DNA of 64,000 nucleotides from the human T2T-CHM13v2.0 reference genome, Homo sapiens. The translations under genes were made by a program, and so were the position numbers. The notes under the pieces were generated by a model. It had not been told where the DNA came from, made no database searches, and worked only from the letters and a program-made list of their open reading frames with translations. This document shows, piece after piece, positions 1 to 14,832 of this stretch; position 1 is the stretch's first letter, and each line of letters starts with the position of its first letter. The DNA lies in assembly GCF_009914755.1 (NCBI RefSeq), contig NC_060928.1; one strand, given 5' to 3'.

Positions 1-176
1 TTCAAAAATGGGAGAGGGTAGAAGGGGGGATGAGGGTTGAAAAAAAACTTATCTGGTACAATGTTCACTATTTAGGTAAGGGATACACTAGAAGCCCAAT
101 TCCTACTAGTATGCAATATGCCAGCTAACAAACATGCACATATAACCCCTGAATCTAAAATGAAATAAAAATAAAG
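1..176 (+). mobile_element. L1PB-type LINE-1 3' end
   Basis: GAGGGTTGAAAAA..GGTACAATGTTCACTATTT..TACACTAGAAGCCC..CCCCTGAATCTAAAAT followed by an A-rich tail. Confidence 0.75.
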
Positions 177-274
177 AGGAAAAATGATATTTTTAATCCC
201 ATGAGGAGGAATTAGGTATTAAGTAGAGATGCTAGAATGATTATCCAGTCAGAAGAAAGTTAAAATGGACCTTT

Positions 275-501
275 CCAGCCTGGAGAACATAAAGAGATAC
301 CCCATCTCTACAAAAAATAAAATAAAATTAACTGGGTGTGGTATTGGGGCCTATAGTCCCAGCTACTGAAGAGGCTGAGATGGGAGGATCATTTGAGCCT
401 GGGAGGTTGAGGTTGCAGTGATCAAGCCACTGTACTCCAGCCTGGGTGATGAAGCAAGACCCTGTCTCAAAGAGGAAACAAACAAACAAACAAACAAAAA
501 A
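275..501 (+). mobile_element. 5'-truncated AluJ
   Basis: End of left arm, linker, right arm with GGAGGATCATTTGAGCC; (CAAA)n tail. Confidence 0.85.
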
Positions 502-624
502 CTAAGGTGGGTGAGAGCTTTTTAATTAAGGTTGGAAACTCAGAAGCTATAAAAGGACAGATACACATATTTGACCAGATAAATATGAAAAACTTTTGTT
601 TGGAAAAGATACCAGAAGCTAAGT

Positions 625-980
625 CCTACGATCTGAATTTTAAGTGTCCCCCCAAAATTAATATGTCAAAACCTAATCCTCAAGGTGATAGTATTAAGAG
701 GTGAGGCCTTTGGGAGGTGATCAGGTTATAAGAGCTCTGCCCTCATGAATGGGATTAGTGCCTTTATAAAAGAGGCTTGAGGGAGCTTGTTCATCACTTC
801 TGCCATGTGAGGACACAGAAGGTGTCATCTATGAGGAATAGGCCCTCACCAAACACCAAAACTGCTGGCATCTTAGTTTTGCACTTTCCAGCCTCCAGAA
901 TTGTGAGCAATAAATTCCTGTTGTTTATACATTACCCACTCTAAAATGTTTTATTGTAGGAGCCCAACCGGAATAAGATG
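625..980 (+). mobile_element. MLT1A-like MaLR solo LTR
   Basis: GGCCTTTGGGAGGTGATCAGG..CCCTCATGAATGGGATTAGTGCC..GCCATGTGAGGACACAG..CCAGCCTCCAGAATTGTGAGCAATAAA. Confidence 0.8.
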
Positions 981-1127
981 CTAAGGCAATAGGTAAACAC
1001 TAGCTTGGGGAGCAGGGGAAGACTGTCAACTCAGAGATCAGATAGAGGGTGAATAGCTATAATATACAGAGAATTCTTTTTTTTTAAAAAACTGTGTATA
1101 GATTTAATTGCCTGTTGGACATTTACA

Positions 1128-2910
<1,783 letters not shown>

Positions 2911-3451
2911 TCACAAAAAAATCCATGTGACCAACGCATATGTGAAAAGAGGTTCAAATTCATGTGCAATCAGGGAGCTACCAAGTAAAGTTACAATGAG
3001 ACAAGAATTTACTCTGATCAGGTGAAAAAATGAGAGAGATTGATAATCTTTACTGCTAAAGAGAATGTGGGGACTTTAGTACATTTGTGATTGGAAATAC
3101 AGTATTATTATACTGTATTGGAAAGACTGTATTAATGCAGTCTTTTTGGAAAGAAATCTGGGCCACATTTGTTATGATTAAAATATATACACCTTTATCC
3201 AGAAGTCACACTCCTGAAAATCCATCCCATAGGAACAAAAGCTTCAAAACCAAAAAGCTTAGATACACAGAAGTATACTACCTTGTAAACAGGCAAAAAA
3301 CAAACAAACAAAACAAAAAACAGGAAACAAAGTGAGTATCATCTACATGGGAATAGCTGAAGAAATTATAATAGAACTGCACCAGAGTTATATGTGGCCA
3401 TTTAAAAGTATAAATTGAACCTGAACCAGGTGAATTAAGAGTGATTTCCTT

Positions 3452-3758
3452 GGCCCAGCATGGTGACTGGCACTTGTAATCCCAGCACTTTGGGAGGCCG
3501 AGGCGGGCAGATAACTTGAAGTCAGGAGTTTGAGACCAGCCTGGGCAACATGGTGAAACCCCATCTCTACTAAAAATACAAAAAATTAGCTGGGTGTGGT
3601 GGCAGGTGCCTGTAATCCCAACTACTTGAGAGTCTGAGGCACAAGAGTTGCTTGAACCTGGGAGGCGGAGGTTGCAGTGAGCCAAGATCTCACCACTGCA
3701 CTCCAGCCTGGGCAACAGAGCAAGACCCTGTGTCAAAAACAAACAAACAAAAACAAAA
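3452..3758 (+). mobile_element. AluS, full length
   Basis: Dimeric Alu, ACTAAAAATACAAAAAATT linker, (AAAC)n tail. Confidence 0.95.
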
Positions 3759-3908
3759 GTGGCTCCATTAGGTGCTAGAGGAATAAAGCAAGATACAGAA
3801 AAAAATATATGAAATAATGGCATATACTTTATATATGTATCTGTAAAGATGCACATTGATGTTTACAGGTGATCATATTAACACGGAGAAAAATTATTAG
3901 AATGATAA

Positions 3909-4261
3909 TGTATTAGCTCAAACTGCTATAACAAAATACCATAGACTGGGTGGCTTAAATAACAGATACTTATTCCCCACAGTTCTAAAAACTGGAAGTC
4001 CAAGATCAAGGTGCCAGCTGATTAGGTTCTGGCGAGGCCTCTTTTCCTGGCTTGCATGTAGCTGCCTTCTCACTGTATCCTCATGCGGTGGAGGCATGAA
4101 GCTCTAGTGTCGGTTCATCTGATAAGGACGCTAATCCCATTTATGAAGGCTCTAGCCTCATGATTTCATTTTCTCCTAAAGGCTCCACCTCTTAATACCA
4201 TCACATTGGAGGTTAGGGCTTCAACATATGAATTTGAGGGGAACGCATGCCATCCCTAACA
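3909..4261 (-). mobile_element. MLT1A-like MaLR solo LTR
   Basis: TGCTATAACAAAATACCATAGACTGGGTGGCTTAAA..AAGTCCAAGATCAAGGTG..GCTTCAACATATGAATTT. Confidence 0.8.
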
Positions 4262-4399
4262 GTGCAGTACTCACTTCTCTATGCAGATTTCCTGGGTGCC
4301 AAGGATGCATTGGGGGTACTACAGAATAACTGAAAGGGAAAAGGAAGAAAAAAATAAATAAACCAATACTTTTATGAAGAGATTTCAGTGCACCTGACA

Positions 4400-4540
4400 A
4401 ATAGCTGTTACATGGAAGATTTCTCACTGTTTTCAAAATGGAGAAATGCAGGCTCCGGGAGGATTATTTCCTGAGCCAGGGCCCCACAACAAGGCAATTA
4501 CTGAACCATAAATACCACCCAAGTCTCCTGACTTTCCCAT
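4400..4540 (-). mobile_element. MIR fragment
   Basis: Reverse-strand MIR core (TTTTCAAAATGGAGAAATGCAGGCTC..CCCAAGTCTCCTGACT). Confidence 0.5.
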
Positions 4541-5075
4541 GGCTTGAATCGGAACCATTCCCAGATAAATATAACTAAATCATCAGCGTAAAATCGATGA
4601 GCACAAACATATAAATGACAAAGGCTTGGCTTCACAGACTGGAACTGGCCCTGTGACTAGAGTTCTCAAGTGTCACTTCGCTGAGCAGAATGGAGGTGGC
4701 TGCCTCCCTGCATTTCAGAGAGAAACAGAACAAATGAGAGTGGCTGGAGCCACATGAATCAGCCCTGAGGTCGCGCTGCCAGTTGTCTCATGCCCATTTG
4801 TGGCAAACGGTGCATTTGGAGGGATTAACAGGGAGTAGGAGTGAGTGAACAGATGCAACAGATTAGAGAGGAAATCTGTTCCTGGGTGGCTCCTGGCAAG
4901 CTGGTGGGGTTTCTGGCAGAACAAGGAGGGGAGAGGACGGCTGGGGAAAGGAGAGGAAAATGTCTCTTTTGCATTTTTGATTTTGCAGGGCCTTCTGAAC
5001 AAGAATCTTTACTGCTGGTATATCTTGGTAAACTGCAGCAAAGAGAAGGGGACGGGGGAGGGGGCATGGAGGTAG

Positions 5076-5945
<870 letters not shown>

Positions 5946-6189
5946 ATTTATTTTTATTTAGAAAGGTTGAAGAGGGAAAATTTAAATTCGATTTAAACAT
6001 TTACTCAAAGAGGAGATGGGCAGACAGCTGAGATATTGGAACCGAGACTCAGGAGCAAGCGGAACATGGCTTTTCTGAAGTCAGCCCCAGACAATAAAGA
6101 AATCTCCGGATGGAAAGGAAGCAGCGTGAAGATTCAGGAGATGCCTGGAATCCGCTTAGGGTTTGAGATCACGTGGCTCAGCTCCTCTT

Positions 6190-6360
6190 CCCACGGATGC
6201 TGGAACTTGCTGTGAGACTTTGAGCAAATTACCCAGCTGCCCTGAGCCTTCGCGTGTTCAGCTGCAACATGGGTGGGGACATGGATCTAGCTCGCAGAAT
6301 TCTTATGAGATTAAAAAAGTCCATAAAGGAAGTGCTTAGTAAAAGTAAGCTGTTGCTACA
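6190..6360 (+). mobile_element. MIR
   Basis: CTTGCTGTGAGACTTTGAGCAAATTAC..CTGAGCCT..GAGATTAAA..AAGTGCTTAG. Confidence 0.6.
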
Positions 6361-6374
6361 TCATTCTAGGTCTG

Positions 6375-6495
6375 TTGAAACTACGGATTCCTGGACCCTC
6401 GTATGTTAAGCTTCAGTCTGGGATGAGGCCCAGGAATCTGTATTTTGAATATGCTCTCCAGGGGTTTCTACTGGGCAGCCAGCTTTGGGAACCCC
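6375..6495. mobile_element. MER5-type hAT-Charlie fragment
   Basis: GTCTGGGATGAGGCCCAGGAATCTGTATTTT..CTCCAGG..AGCTTTGGGAACC. Confidence 0.6.
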
Positions 6496-6846
6496 AGCCC
6501 CTGCCATGGGTACCAGCAGGATTCTCAGCCACAGCGTCCTCATCCGGATTCAGTCCCGCAGCTTCAAGGACCACTGGGTGCCTAACAGTCTTAGTCCTTG
6601 ACTTAGTCCTTCCTCAGGCCGTGCCTCTTGCCCCACCCCATCCTTCCCATCTTCTTCAGGGTATCCTCAGTCCTCAGTCACTCAGGCCTAACGTGAGTGC
6701 TTTCTCGTTCCCTTTCACCCTTCACATCCATCAGCAAGTCCTGCTAGGGATAACCCAGACCCCATCTGGGCTCCCCACCTCCACCCTTACCTACAGTTGT
6801 CCATTCTCCATTCCCAGCCAGAGAGACTTGTGTAAAGAACAAATCA

Positions 6847-7124
6847 GGCCGGGCACAGTGGCTCACACCTGTAATCCCAGCACTTTGGGAGGCTTAGGTG
6901 GGTGGATCATCTGAAGTCAGGAGTTCGAGACCAGCCTGGCCAACATGGTGAAACCCTGTCTCTACTAAAAATACAAAAATTAAATTAGCCAGGAGTGCTG
7001 GCGTGCAGGAAAATCGGTTGAACCTGGGAGGTGGTTGAGGTTGCAGTGAGCCGAGATCGCACTATTGCCCTCCAGCCTGGATGACAGAGTGAGACTTGGT
7101 CTCAAAAAAAAAGGGAAAGAAAAA
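6847..7124 (+). mobile_element. AluS with ~30-bp internal deletion in the right arm, inserted in an L2 remnant
   Basis: GGCGTGC joined directly to AGGAAAATC; the CTGTAATCCCAGCTACT segment is missing. Confidence 0.9.
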
Positions 7125-7419
7125 GTATCAGACCCAGATTCCTCACCACGGCCTCAGAGGCCCTGCTTCTCTAACCTCACCCCACTCTGCTGCCTGGCAC
7201 TGGCTCCAGCCACAGGTGCCTCCTTCATCTCCCTATGCCTGCTAAACTTGAGCCTGACTCAAGCTTGCCAAGCTTGGCATGGCTTTTGCCTCTGTCTGGA
7301 ACACTTGCCTACCCCATCCGCCCTCCAGCCTTCCTATAGTTGCTGTTTTCTCCTGATCCAAGTCTCTACTCCAGTGCCACTTCCTCAGAAGAGCCTGCCC
7401 TGACTTCCACAGGCAGGGA

Positions 7420-7595
7420 GACCAGGCCTGTGACCTGTGGCAAGTACTCATCCTCCCTGGAACTCAGCCTCCTCATCTGTAAAATGGGGATAATAGTACT
7501 ACATACCTCTAGGGTTGCTATGAGGATCATGAGTTTAAATGTACACTGAATAGTGCCAGGCACTTAGTAAAAGTTCAATCAATGTCAGATATTAG
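7420..7595 (+). mobile_element. MIR
   Basis: TGTGACCTGTGGCAAGT..CTCATCTGTAAAATGGGGATAATAGTAC..GTGCCAGGCACTTAGTAA. Confidence 0.8.
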
Positions 7596-7725
7596 CTCAT
7601 GCTAATCTCATGGAATTACAGTGACTCACTATGTGTCTGCCTCCTCAGTAACTGTCAGATTGTGGGGTCTTACTCATCTTCACATCCAGGCCAGCTGTCA
7701 GGGTGCCTGGCATGAAGAAGTCACC

Positions 7726-8150
7726 TGTACTGGGTTGAATAGTGTCCTCCCACCAGCCCTCTGCCAAATTCATGTCCACACAGAACCTTAGAATGTGACC
7801 TTATTTGGAAATAGAGTCTTTGCAGACACAATTAGTTAAGGTGAGGTAATACTCCATTAGAGTAGGCCCTAAAACCAATGACTGGTGTCCTTGCAAGAAG
7901 CCATGTGAAGACACAGAGACTGAGACACAGAGGGAAGAAACTCGTCTGACGGCAGAGGCAAGATTGAAGTTAGTAACTGCAAGCTGAGGAATGCCAAAGA
8001 TGGCTGGTAAATGCCAGAAGCTAGGAAGAGGCAAGGAAGGGTCGTCTCCTAGAGCCTCAGAGGGAGGCTGGTCCTGCAACCGTGAGGGAATAAATGTCAG
8101 AAGGTTTAAGCCGCCTAGTTGTTACCACAGTCCTAGGAAACTAATATAAC
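7726..8150 (+). mobile_element. MLT1B/C MaLR solo LTR
   Basis: TGTACTGGGTTGAATAGTGTCC..GAATGTGACCTTATTTGGAAATAG..CTAGGAAACTAATA. Confidence 0.85.
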
Positions 8151-8944
8151 ACTCAATCACTGGTGAGAGAGTGAGTGAGTGAATAAATTGAAGACACCCC
8201 CTTCCCACGGCACTCTCTGACTCCCATGAAAAGGCAAGAGCTCTCCCTGTCCTTTCCCCTGTAGCATCACTACGGAGTGTGTTAGGGGTGTCGGCAACCT
8301 TCATTCTCTCAGGAGACGCAGCAGGGATCCAGAGTCCCCCATCCTCAACTTAGAAGTGAGGAGACCGGTATCCGACCTGACTCAGCCAAGGTAAGCCCAA
8401 CAGAACCTGAGCCTCCATAGCCGCCACCCGCAACAAGACAATGTCCTCTGTCCAAGGAGGGAAGAAGGCCTTTCACAATGAAAGCCGTTGAAACCCATCC
8501 ACTGGTTGGATAGTTCTGAGTGTCCCCCATGGGCCAGGTGCTGGGCCTGACACTGAGCCCCACAGCCCTTTCCTGCCCTCTCTAGGGAAATCTCTCACTT
8601 CCTCTCCCAAATGGTGGTTATTTATGTAGATCGAGCTGCTTCATTTTCCCAAGGGGCTCATTTGGCAAAGACAAAAATGGCTCAGAGAAACCACAGACCA
8701 AAATATATTTCCTACTAGAACCGCCCACCCCTCAGTGTGCCACTTGCTTGGCGAGTTCATCTCTCCCATCTGCATGTGGCATTATCAGTTTGCCCAGGCA
8801 CGAAAGCACCCAGCCCCCGTAGGTCTCTCTCTAGGTCCTGGATTCTTGGCCTTTTAAGGTCACCCCCTACATTCTCTAGGCCAGGCCATGGGTTGAAGAC
8901 ATACTTATTTACAGAACATATCAGGTTGATAGGACAATGCAGAC

Positions 8945-9190
8945 ATAATCATTACAGTTGATCTTACTGAGGTACCTATGCTATGCGAGGCACCATTAAC
9001 TTCAATGTTTATTACAAGGGTAATGACTATTATGGGTAAGGAGTGTTATGAGCTCTAATTTAGTGACAGGGAAACTGAGGCACGGGAGATGGAATGAAGC
9101 GAGGTTACCTAGTGAAAAAGTGATAAGTCACAAGCCAGAGGCTGATGCCAGGCAGTCTAGCTCCAGAGCCCCGGCTCCCAGCCACTGCTG
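8945..9190 (-). mobile_element. MIR
   Basis: ACAGGGAAACTGAGGCAC..CCAGGCAGTCTAGCTCCAGAGCCC. Confidence 0.7.
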
Positions 9191-9583
9191 ACTGCAAAGC
9201 TGAAGGGTACATTTTTGCAAGAGACATCGTCATGCCGTCATTGAGGACCCAAAAAATGATTCCTCTGAGTGCATTTATGCTTGTTGTGTTTCTAAAAATA
9301 ACAAGCATGGGTTTTCTTAGCCATAATCCATTAGCAACCTTTATTGAAGCAGAAGAATATGGAATGTGGAGTCAGATGATACTATCCATCTGCAAAGTGA
9401 TGACGTACACAAGTTCCCTGGCACGTAGTAGGCATCTAATGATTCTAGTTCTGTGAGTCTCCCTCTGCGTAAGTAGATTTTACATAGAACTGCACAGTTA
9501 TGGAGCTAAGATATTCCCACTTTAGGTCACCTCTAAGATGACACATTAAATCAAATCATTATTATATTAAGAAATTTGAAGCT

Positions 9584-9924
<341 letters not shown>

Positions 9925-10379
9925 TCATGGCTTTGGTAACTGACTCCAAGTACCAACTAAGCTATTTCAAAGATGTCATAGTAAAGATGAATAATGTGGT
10001 CATTGCTGAGCAGCATTGACTTGCTGTTTCTTGGGAAGACATGATGTAAGAAAGAGAACGCTGGACTCTGAATCCAAAGATAAGATTTGAACTCTTGGCT
10101 CAAACAGAGGGTGGATATTAGCACCTGCTCTGCCCAGCTGATCAATTATTTTGTGGCAAAAGGAATACAGGGTCAGTGAAAAGTGATTGTAAATGGTAAG
10201 GTGCTCACAAATAAAAGACATTGTTGGGTAAAGTTGTGCTTTGCCATGAAGTGATGAGTTTTCTGGCAGTGTAGAAGCTGGTCTGAATAGGGTAGGTGAA
10301 AAGCTACTCTGCTGTGAGAAGGGCATGTTGGGTCTTCTCCATCTGCCCCTCCAGGTGAGCTCTCCACTTCTCTCCCTGC

Positions 10380-11005
10380 TCTGTGCCCTGCAGACGCTTC
10401 TCTCAGGACAGACCATGTTGCTAGGGCTTCCTTGGCCTCTGTTTTTCAGTTCCTATGGCTGAGGGACTGGACAAGAGAGGGGACACTGTTTCTGCCTTCG
10501 GTTCCTGCCAACAAGCTGTAATTTGGCAGGGCTGCAGTTTTCTACCTAAGACCACACTCCTATTGGGCAGGAGAAAGAGGTTGTTGGGAAACCTCTTTCC
10601 CTTTTTCCCTCAACTTCCCTCAAAAATGTTCCCTCTTTCCCTCAACTCTGGCTCTCACCCTATTCCACCAAGTAGGTTAATTGGGAGGTGATCCCAAGAA
10701 GGACTACTTAGGGTAGTAGGGAAGTGGATCAGAAAAGGAAGGAGCAAATGTGGCCAATACAGGGTGCACTGATGAGCAGGTGTATGGCTGAGCAGCTCAG
10801 CTGAGACCGCTGGGCAATGGTGGGGAGCCAGCCTCAGAGTTATCACACCTGAGTGGTGAGAAGGCCGGGTTCCCTCCTCTTGGGGCCTAGAAGGATTAGC
10901 TCCTGGTGCTTCCCCTGCCCAAGCCTCTGTGAATCGTCCCTTCATCAAACTCTCTTCCATTACCCCCTTGAGCATGCCACCTCTTTACGGTCCTGACTCT
11001 CATAG
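10380..11005 (+). mobile_element. LTR33-like ERVL LTR interrupted by a reverse LTR16-like fragment (about 10670-10870)
   Basis: GCTGTAATTTGGCAGGGCTGCAGTTTTCTACCTAAGACCAC..GTGAATCGTCCCTTCATCAAACTCTCTTC. Confidence 0.45.
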
Positions 11006-11051
11006 CAAGAGCCAATAATGTTTTTCCACATTATTCCATCTGAATAACCAG

Positions 11052-11483
11052 ATGTGGCAGACGCTGAGCCCCACTGCACCCTATCACTCACTGTTCTTGT
11101 ACATGGCCAGGGGCCAGGGCTTCTTCAGACACCCAGCGCTCTCTGCCTGTGTGTTCTCTCCAGCTGGCAGCTCCTTCTTGCCCTCACACAGGGCAGGCCA
11201 CAGTGATGGGGAATACATGCCCCTGAGAGCAGCCTCCAAACAATGGCTCCTCCACCCTTGAGTAGGATGTCTCTGAAGCATGTCTTACAGTTTTCCAGCA
11301 ATCTGAGCCGAGGTGCTCACAGCAGCAACCTACTGATCAATGCACCCTGTATCAGCTGCCTTCTTTTTCCTGACCCATTTCCCCTCACTCCCCCAGTAGC
11401 TCTTCGGATCATCTCCCAATGAACCTACTTGCACTCGAATCTTTGTCTCAGAATCGCTTCTGTGGGAACTCAACCTCAGATAC
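11052..11483 (+). mobile_element. LTR16-like ERVL LTR
   Basis: GGATCATCTCCCAATGAACCTACTTGCACTCGAATCTTTGTCTCAGAATCGCTTCTGTGGGAACTCAACC terminal motif. Confidence 0.7.
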
Positions 11484-12054
11484 CAGGTAATTGTATCTTG
11501 ACCTGTGACATAACTGAGTGCCTCATCTATCCAGGCCACTTACAAGGCACCATGGACTAAACTCTCTAATTCTTTAGCAAGGTTTGCAAGACCCTGTATG
11601 ATCAGGCCTCTTCTCCCCATCCAGCTTGACCCTTCTCTGGTCCTATCTTTGCCACATTCTTGCTTGACCTTCATATAGCAGCCACAGTCAGTTCATTGCA
11701 GTTCTCGGGACACATTCTGACCTTCCAACTGCTTGCCCTGCGCCATGCTGTTCTCCGTGCCAACAGCATCCTTCACCCACCATTCATTAGCCCACCTCCC
11801 ACTTGTCCTTGAAGATTCAGCCTTCCCTGACCACACCCTATGAGCACACACCAAGTCTGGGTCGCACGTCCCTCTTCTGTGCTATCAAGCCATTCTGTTC
11901 TGATGCTGCCTATTTTCTCCCACTAGACAGTAAGTTCCAGAATGCAGGAACTCTATCTTCAAATCCCAAGCCTAGCACCATACTACATGGGGTAGGTTTT
12001 TAACTAAATTCTTGATGAATTAATTTTTTTGAAGTAAGTGAGTAGTGTAAATTA

Positions 12055-12500
12055 ATTCCACCACTGTGGAAGACAGTGTGGCAATCCCTCAAAGATCTAA
12101 AACCAGAAATACCATTTGACCAAGCAATCCCATTACTGGGTATATACCCAAAGGATTATAAATCATTCTACTATAAAGACACATGCACACATACGTTTAT
12201 TGCAGCACTATTTACAATAGCAAAGACTTGGAACCAACCCAAATGACCACCAACAATAGACTGGATAAAGAAAAGGTTACACATATACATCATGGAATAC
12301 TATGCAGCCATAAAAAAGAATGAGTTCTTGTCCTTTGCAGGGACATGGATGAAGCTGGAAGCCATCATTCTCTGCAAACTAACACAGGAACAGAAAACCA
12401 AACACTGCATGTTCTCACTCATAAGCAGGAGCTGAACAATGAGAAGATATGGACGAAGGGAGGGGGACATCACACAATGGGGCCTGTCGTGGAGTGCTGG
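12055..12500 (+). mobile_element. L1PA fragment (ORF2 end and part of 3'UTR), no poly(A)
   Basis: CCACTGTGGAAGACAGTGTGG..CCCATTACTGGGTATATACCCAAAGG..ATGGATGAAGCTGGAAGCCATCATTCTC. Confidence 0.9.
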
Positions 12501-12643
12501 GTGTTGTGGGTGCCAGAGTGGAGAGAAGGCAGCAGTTACTGACTCGTGAAAGAAGTGAGCATTGACTTTGAAGGTCATGAAGGACGATATAAGTGAGCAG
12601 TGGAATTGGAGGTGACGAGGAGCATGGAGAAGTCCAGAGATAG

Positions 12644-13190
12644 TGTTACCAGAAATGGGTCCCAATCCAGACCCCTAGAGAGGGTTCTTGGATCTCATGC
12701 AAGAAAGCATTCAAGGTGAATCTATGAAGTGAAAGCAAGTTTAATATGAAAGTGAAGGAATAAAGAATGGCTACTCCATAGGCAGAGCAGCCCCGAGGGC
12801 TGCTGGTTGCCCATTTTTGTGGTTAATTCTTGATGATATGCTAAACAAGGAGTGGGTTATTCATGTGTCCCATTTTTAGACCATATGAGGTAACTTCCTG
12901 ACATTGCCATGGCATTTGTAAACTGTCATGCACTGGTGGGCGTGTAGCAGTGAGGACAACCAGAGGTCACTCTTGTTGCCATCTTGGTTTTGGTGGGTTT
13001 TGGCCGGCTTCTTTACTGCAACCTGTGTTATCAGCAAGGCCTTTTTGACCTGTATCTTGTGCCAACCTCCTAACTCATCCTGTGACTTCGAATGCCTTAA
13101 GCATCTGGGAATGCAGCCCAGTAGGTCTCAGCCTTATTTTACCCAGCTCCTATTCAAGATAGAGTTGCTCTGGTTCAAATGCCTCTAATG
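12644..13190 (-). mobile_element. MER41A solo LTR (ERV1)
   Basis: Reverse complement follows the MER41 consensus (AGAGGCATTTGAACCAGAGCAACTC..CTGGGCTGCATTCCCAGA..GATCCAAGAACCCTCTC..GTAACA), about 547 bp, without the MER41B GAS segment. Confidence 0.85.
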
Positions 13191-13891
13191 CTTCAGAGCC
13201 CTGAGCACAAATGTCCTGAGGAAGGACATTTCTGAATCAACCTGGGAAATGAGGAATGATCTGGGCCAGCAGGAACACAGGGACCTAGCAGAGCCTTGGG
13301 AGGCAGCGAGGAAGATGTGAATGGGGGTGCTTCCTCTAGCCACCTAGACTTGGTCCCAAGGCACATGACTTTGCTCATTGTTTAATAGATGGACCCTCCC
13401 CCAGCACTGCCATCTTTCCTTCCTTCCTCAGCTTCCTCTGTTAGTGGGTGAGGCTTCCTGTTAAGTTGTTCTGAGAACTGCAGTTTTCAGAGCTTTGGAG
13501 ACCAGGAATGCCTGCCAACGCAATTACCATGAACGATCCCCACGGAATTCCAAGAAACAATTCCTCACACTGCTCACCTGGGCATTCCGGAGAGCACCAA
13601 CCCTTCAGATGGATGGAGCCCCAGAGAGGTTCTCTTCACTTTCAGGGACCCACCCTTTATTAACATAGCAGTCAATGCCACACAGGAAAAGGAGTGTGCA
13701 ACTCTGCTTTTAGTCAACAAAGCCACATTGTAACTACCAGTGTGCTTACTATTTAGAGGAATGCTGCTATGAATCATTTCCAGGACAAATCCTCTTTTTG
13801 CAAACTAAATTGCCATCCTCTTTTATCTTTTAATTAATAATATTTAAAGCTATATAAGGTAAATTACCCATTTTTCTGGTATTCAAAAAAG

Positions 13892-13976
13892 GATATATAT
13901 ATAAAAAATACATATATACATATATAAATATACATATATGAATGTGTGTGTCTATATATGTATATATGTATATATA
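13892..13976. repeat. Degenerate (TA)n/(TATG)n microsatellite
   Basis: Visible alternating AT-rich repeat. Confidence 0.8.
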
Positions 13977-14062
13977 CAATTTGATAGTAAAAGAAAGACT
14001 ATACAGGGACAACCAGCATTCATAATAATGACAATAAAATGCCATAAAATCCTAGAATATCA

Positions 14063-14410
14063 GGCCAGGTGTGTTGGCTCACATCTGTAGTCTTAGCACT
14101 TTGGGAGGCCCAAGGTGGGAGGATCCCTTGAATCCAGGAGTTTGAGACCAGCCTGGACAACATGATTAGGCCTCATCTCTAGAAAAACTTTTTAAAAATT
14201 AGCCAGGTGTGGTGGCTCATGTCTGTAGTTCAAGCTTCTTGGGAGGCTGAGGTGGGAGGATCATTTGAGCCCGGGAGGTTGAGGTTGCAGTGAACAGCCT
14301 CACTGCAGAGGCTCGCTGCAGAGACCTGAGATCACACAACTGCACTCCAGCCTGGGTGACAGAGAAAGACCCTGTCTTAAACAAACAAACGAAAAAAAAG
14401 AAAAGAAAAG
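14063..14410 (+). mobile_element. AluJ with ~30-bp internal insertion
   Basis: GGAGGATC in both arms; extra bases after GCAGTGA at 14294-14325. Confidence 0.9.
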
Positions 14411-14449
14411 AGGAATACTTGAATATCTTTTGAAAAATAGAAAACTGTT

Positions 14450-14770
14450 CAATAATCTCTTATCCCTCCTTCACAATTCCAAAATCCTAAAAATTCTGAA
14501 ATCCAATTTTTAGGGGCAAGTTTAGCCCCAAAATTCATGTAATAGCAATCACTGACCTAAATTAATGAGAAGTTATTTATAGTTATTATTTAGCTCACTT
14601 ACAGTACATAAATGCGAATGCGTTTTTTTATAAAGTGCTGTCTTAGACCCTGCTGGGGTGTGCTACATAATATATAGTTTATATCCATGGTGTTCTTCTT
14701 GGAATACAAAATATTACGAATTTTAGAACACATCTGGCCCACAGAGCTTCAGATAAGGTACTGTGGGCTG
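14450..14770. mobile_element. Ancient TcMar-Tigger-like MITE
   Basis: Imperfect inverted termini CTCTTATCC / AGATAAGG; AACACATCTGGCCC motif. Confidence 0.35.
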
Positions 14771-14832
14771 ACCCTGTACAAATTATGTTTAACTGAATTT
14801 TGTGTTAGGTATTTTTCAGGGTTTTCCAGTTT

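Noticed and set aside
7266-7279. 14-bp perfect palindrome TGCCAAGCTTGGCA
   Set aside because: A few palindromes of this length are expected by chance in 64 kb, and it lies within an L2 remnant.
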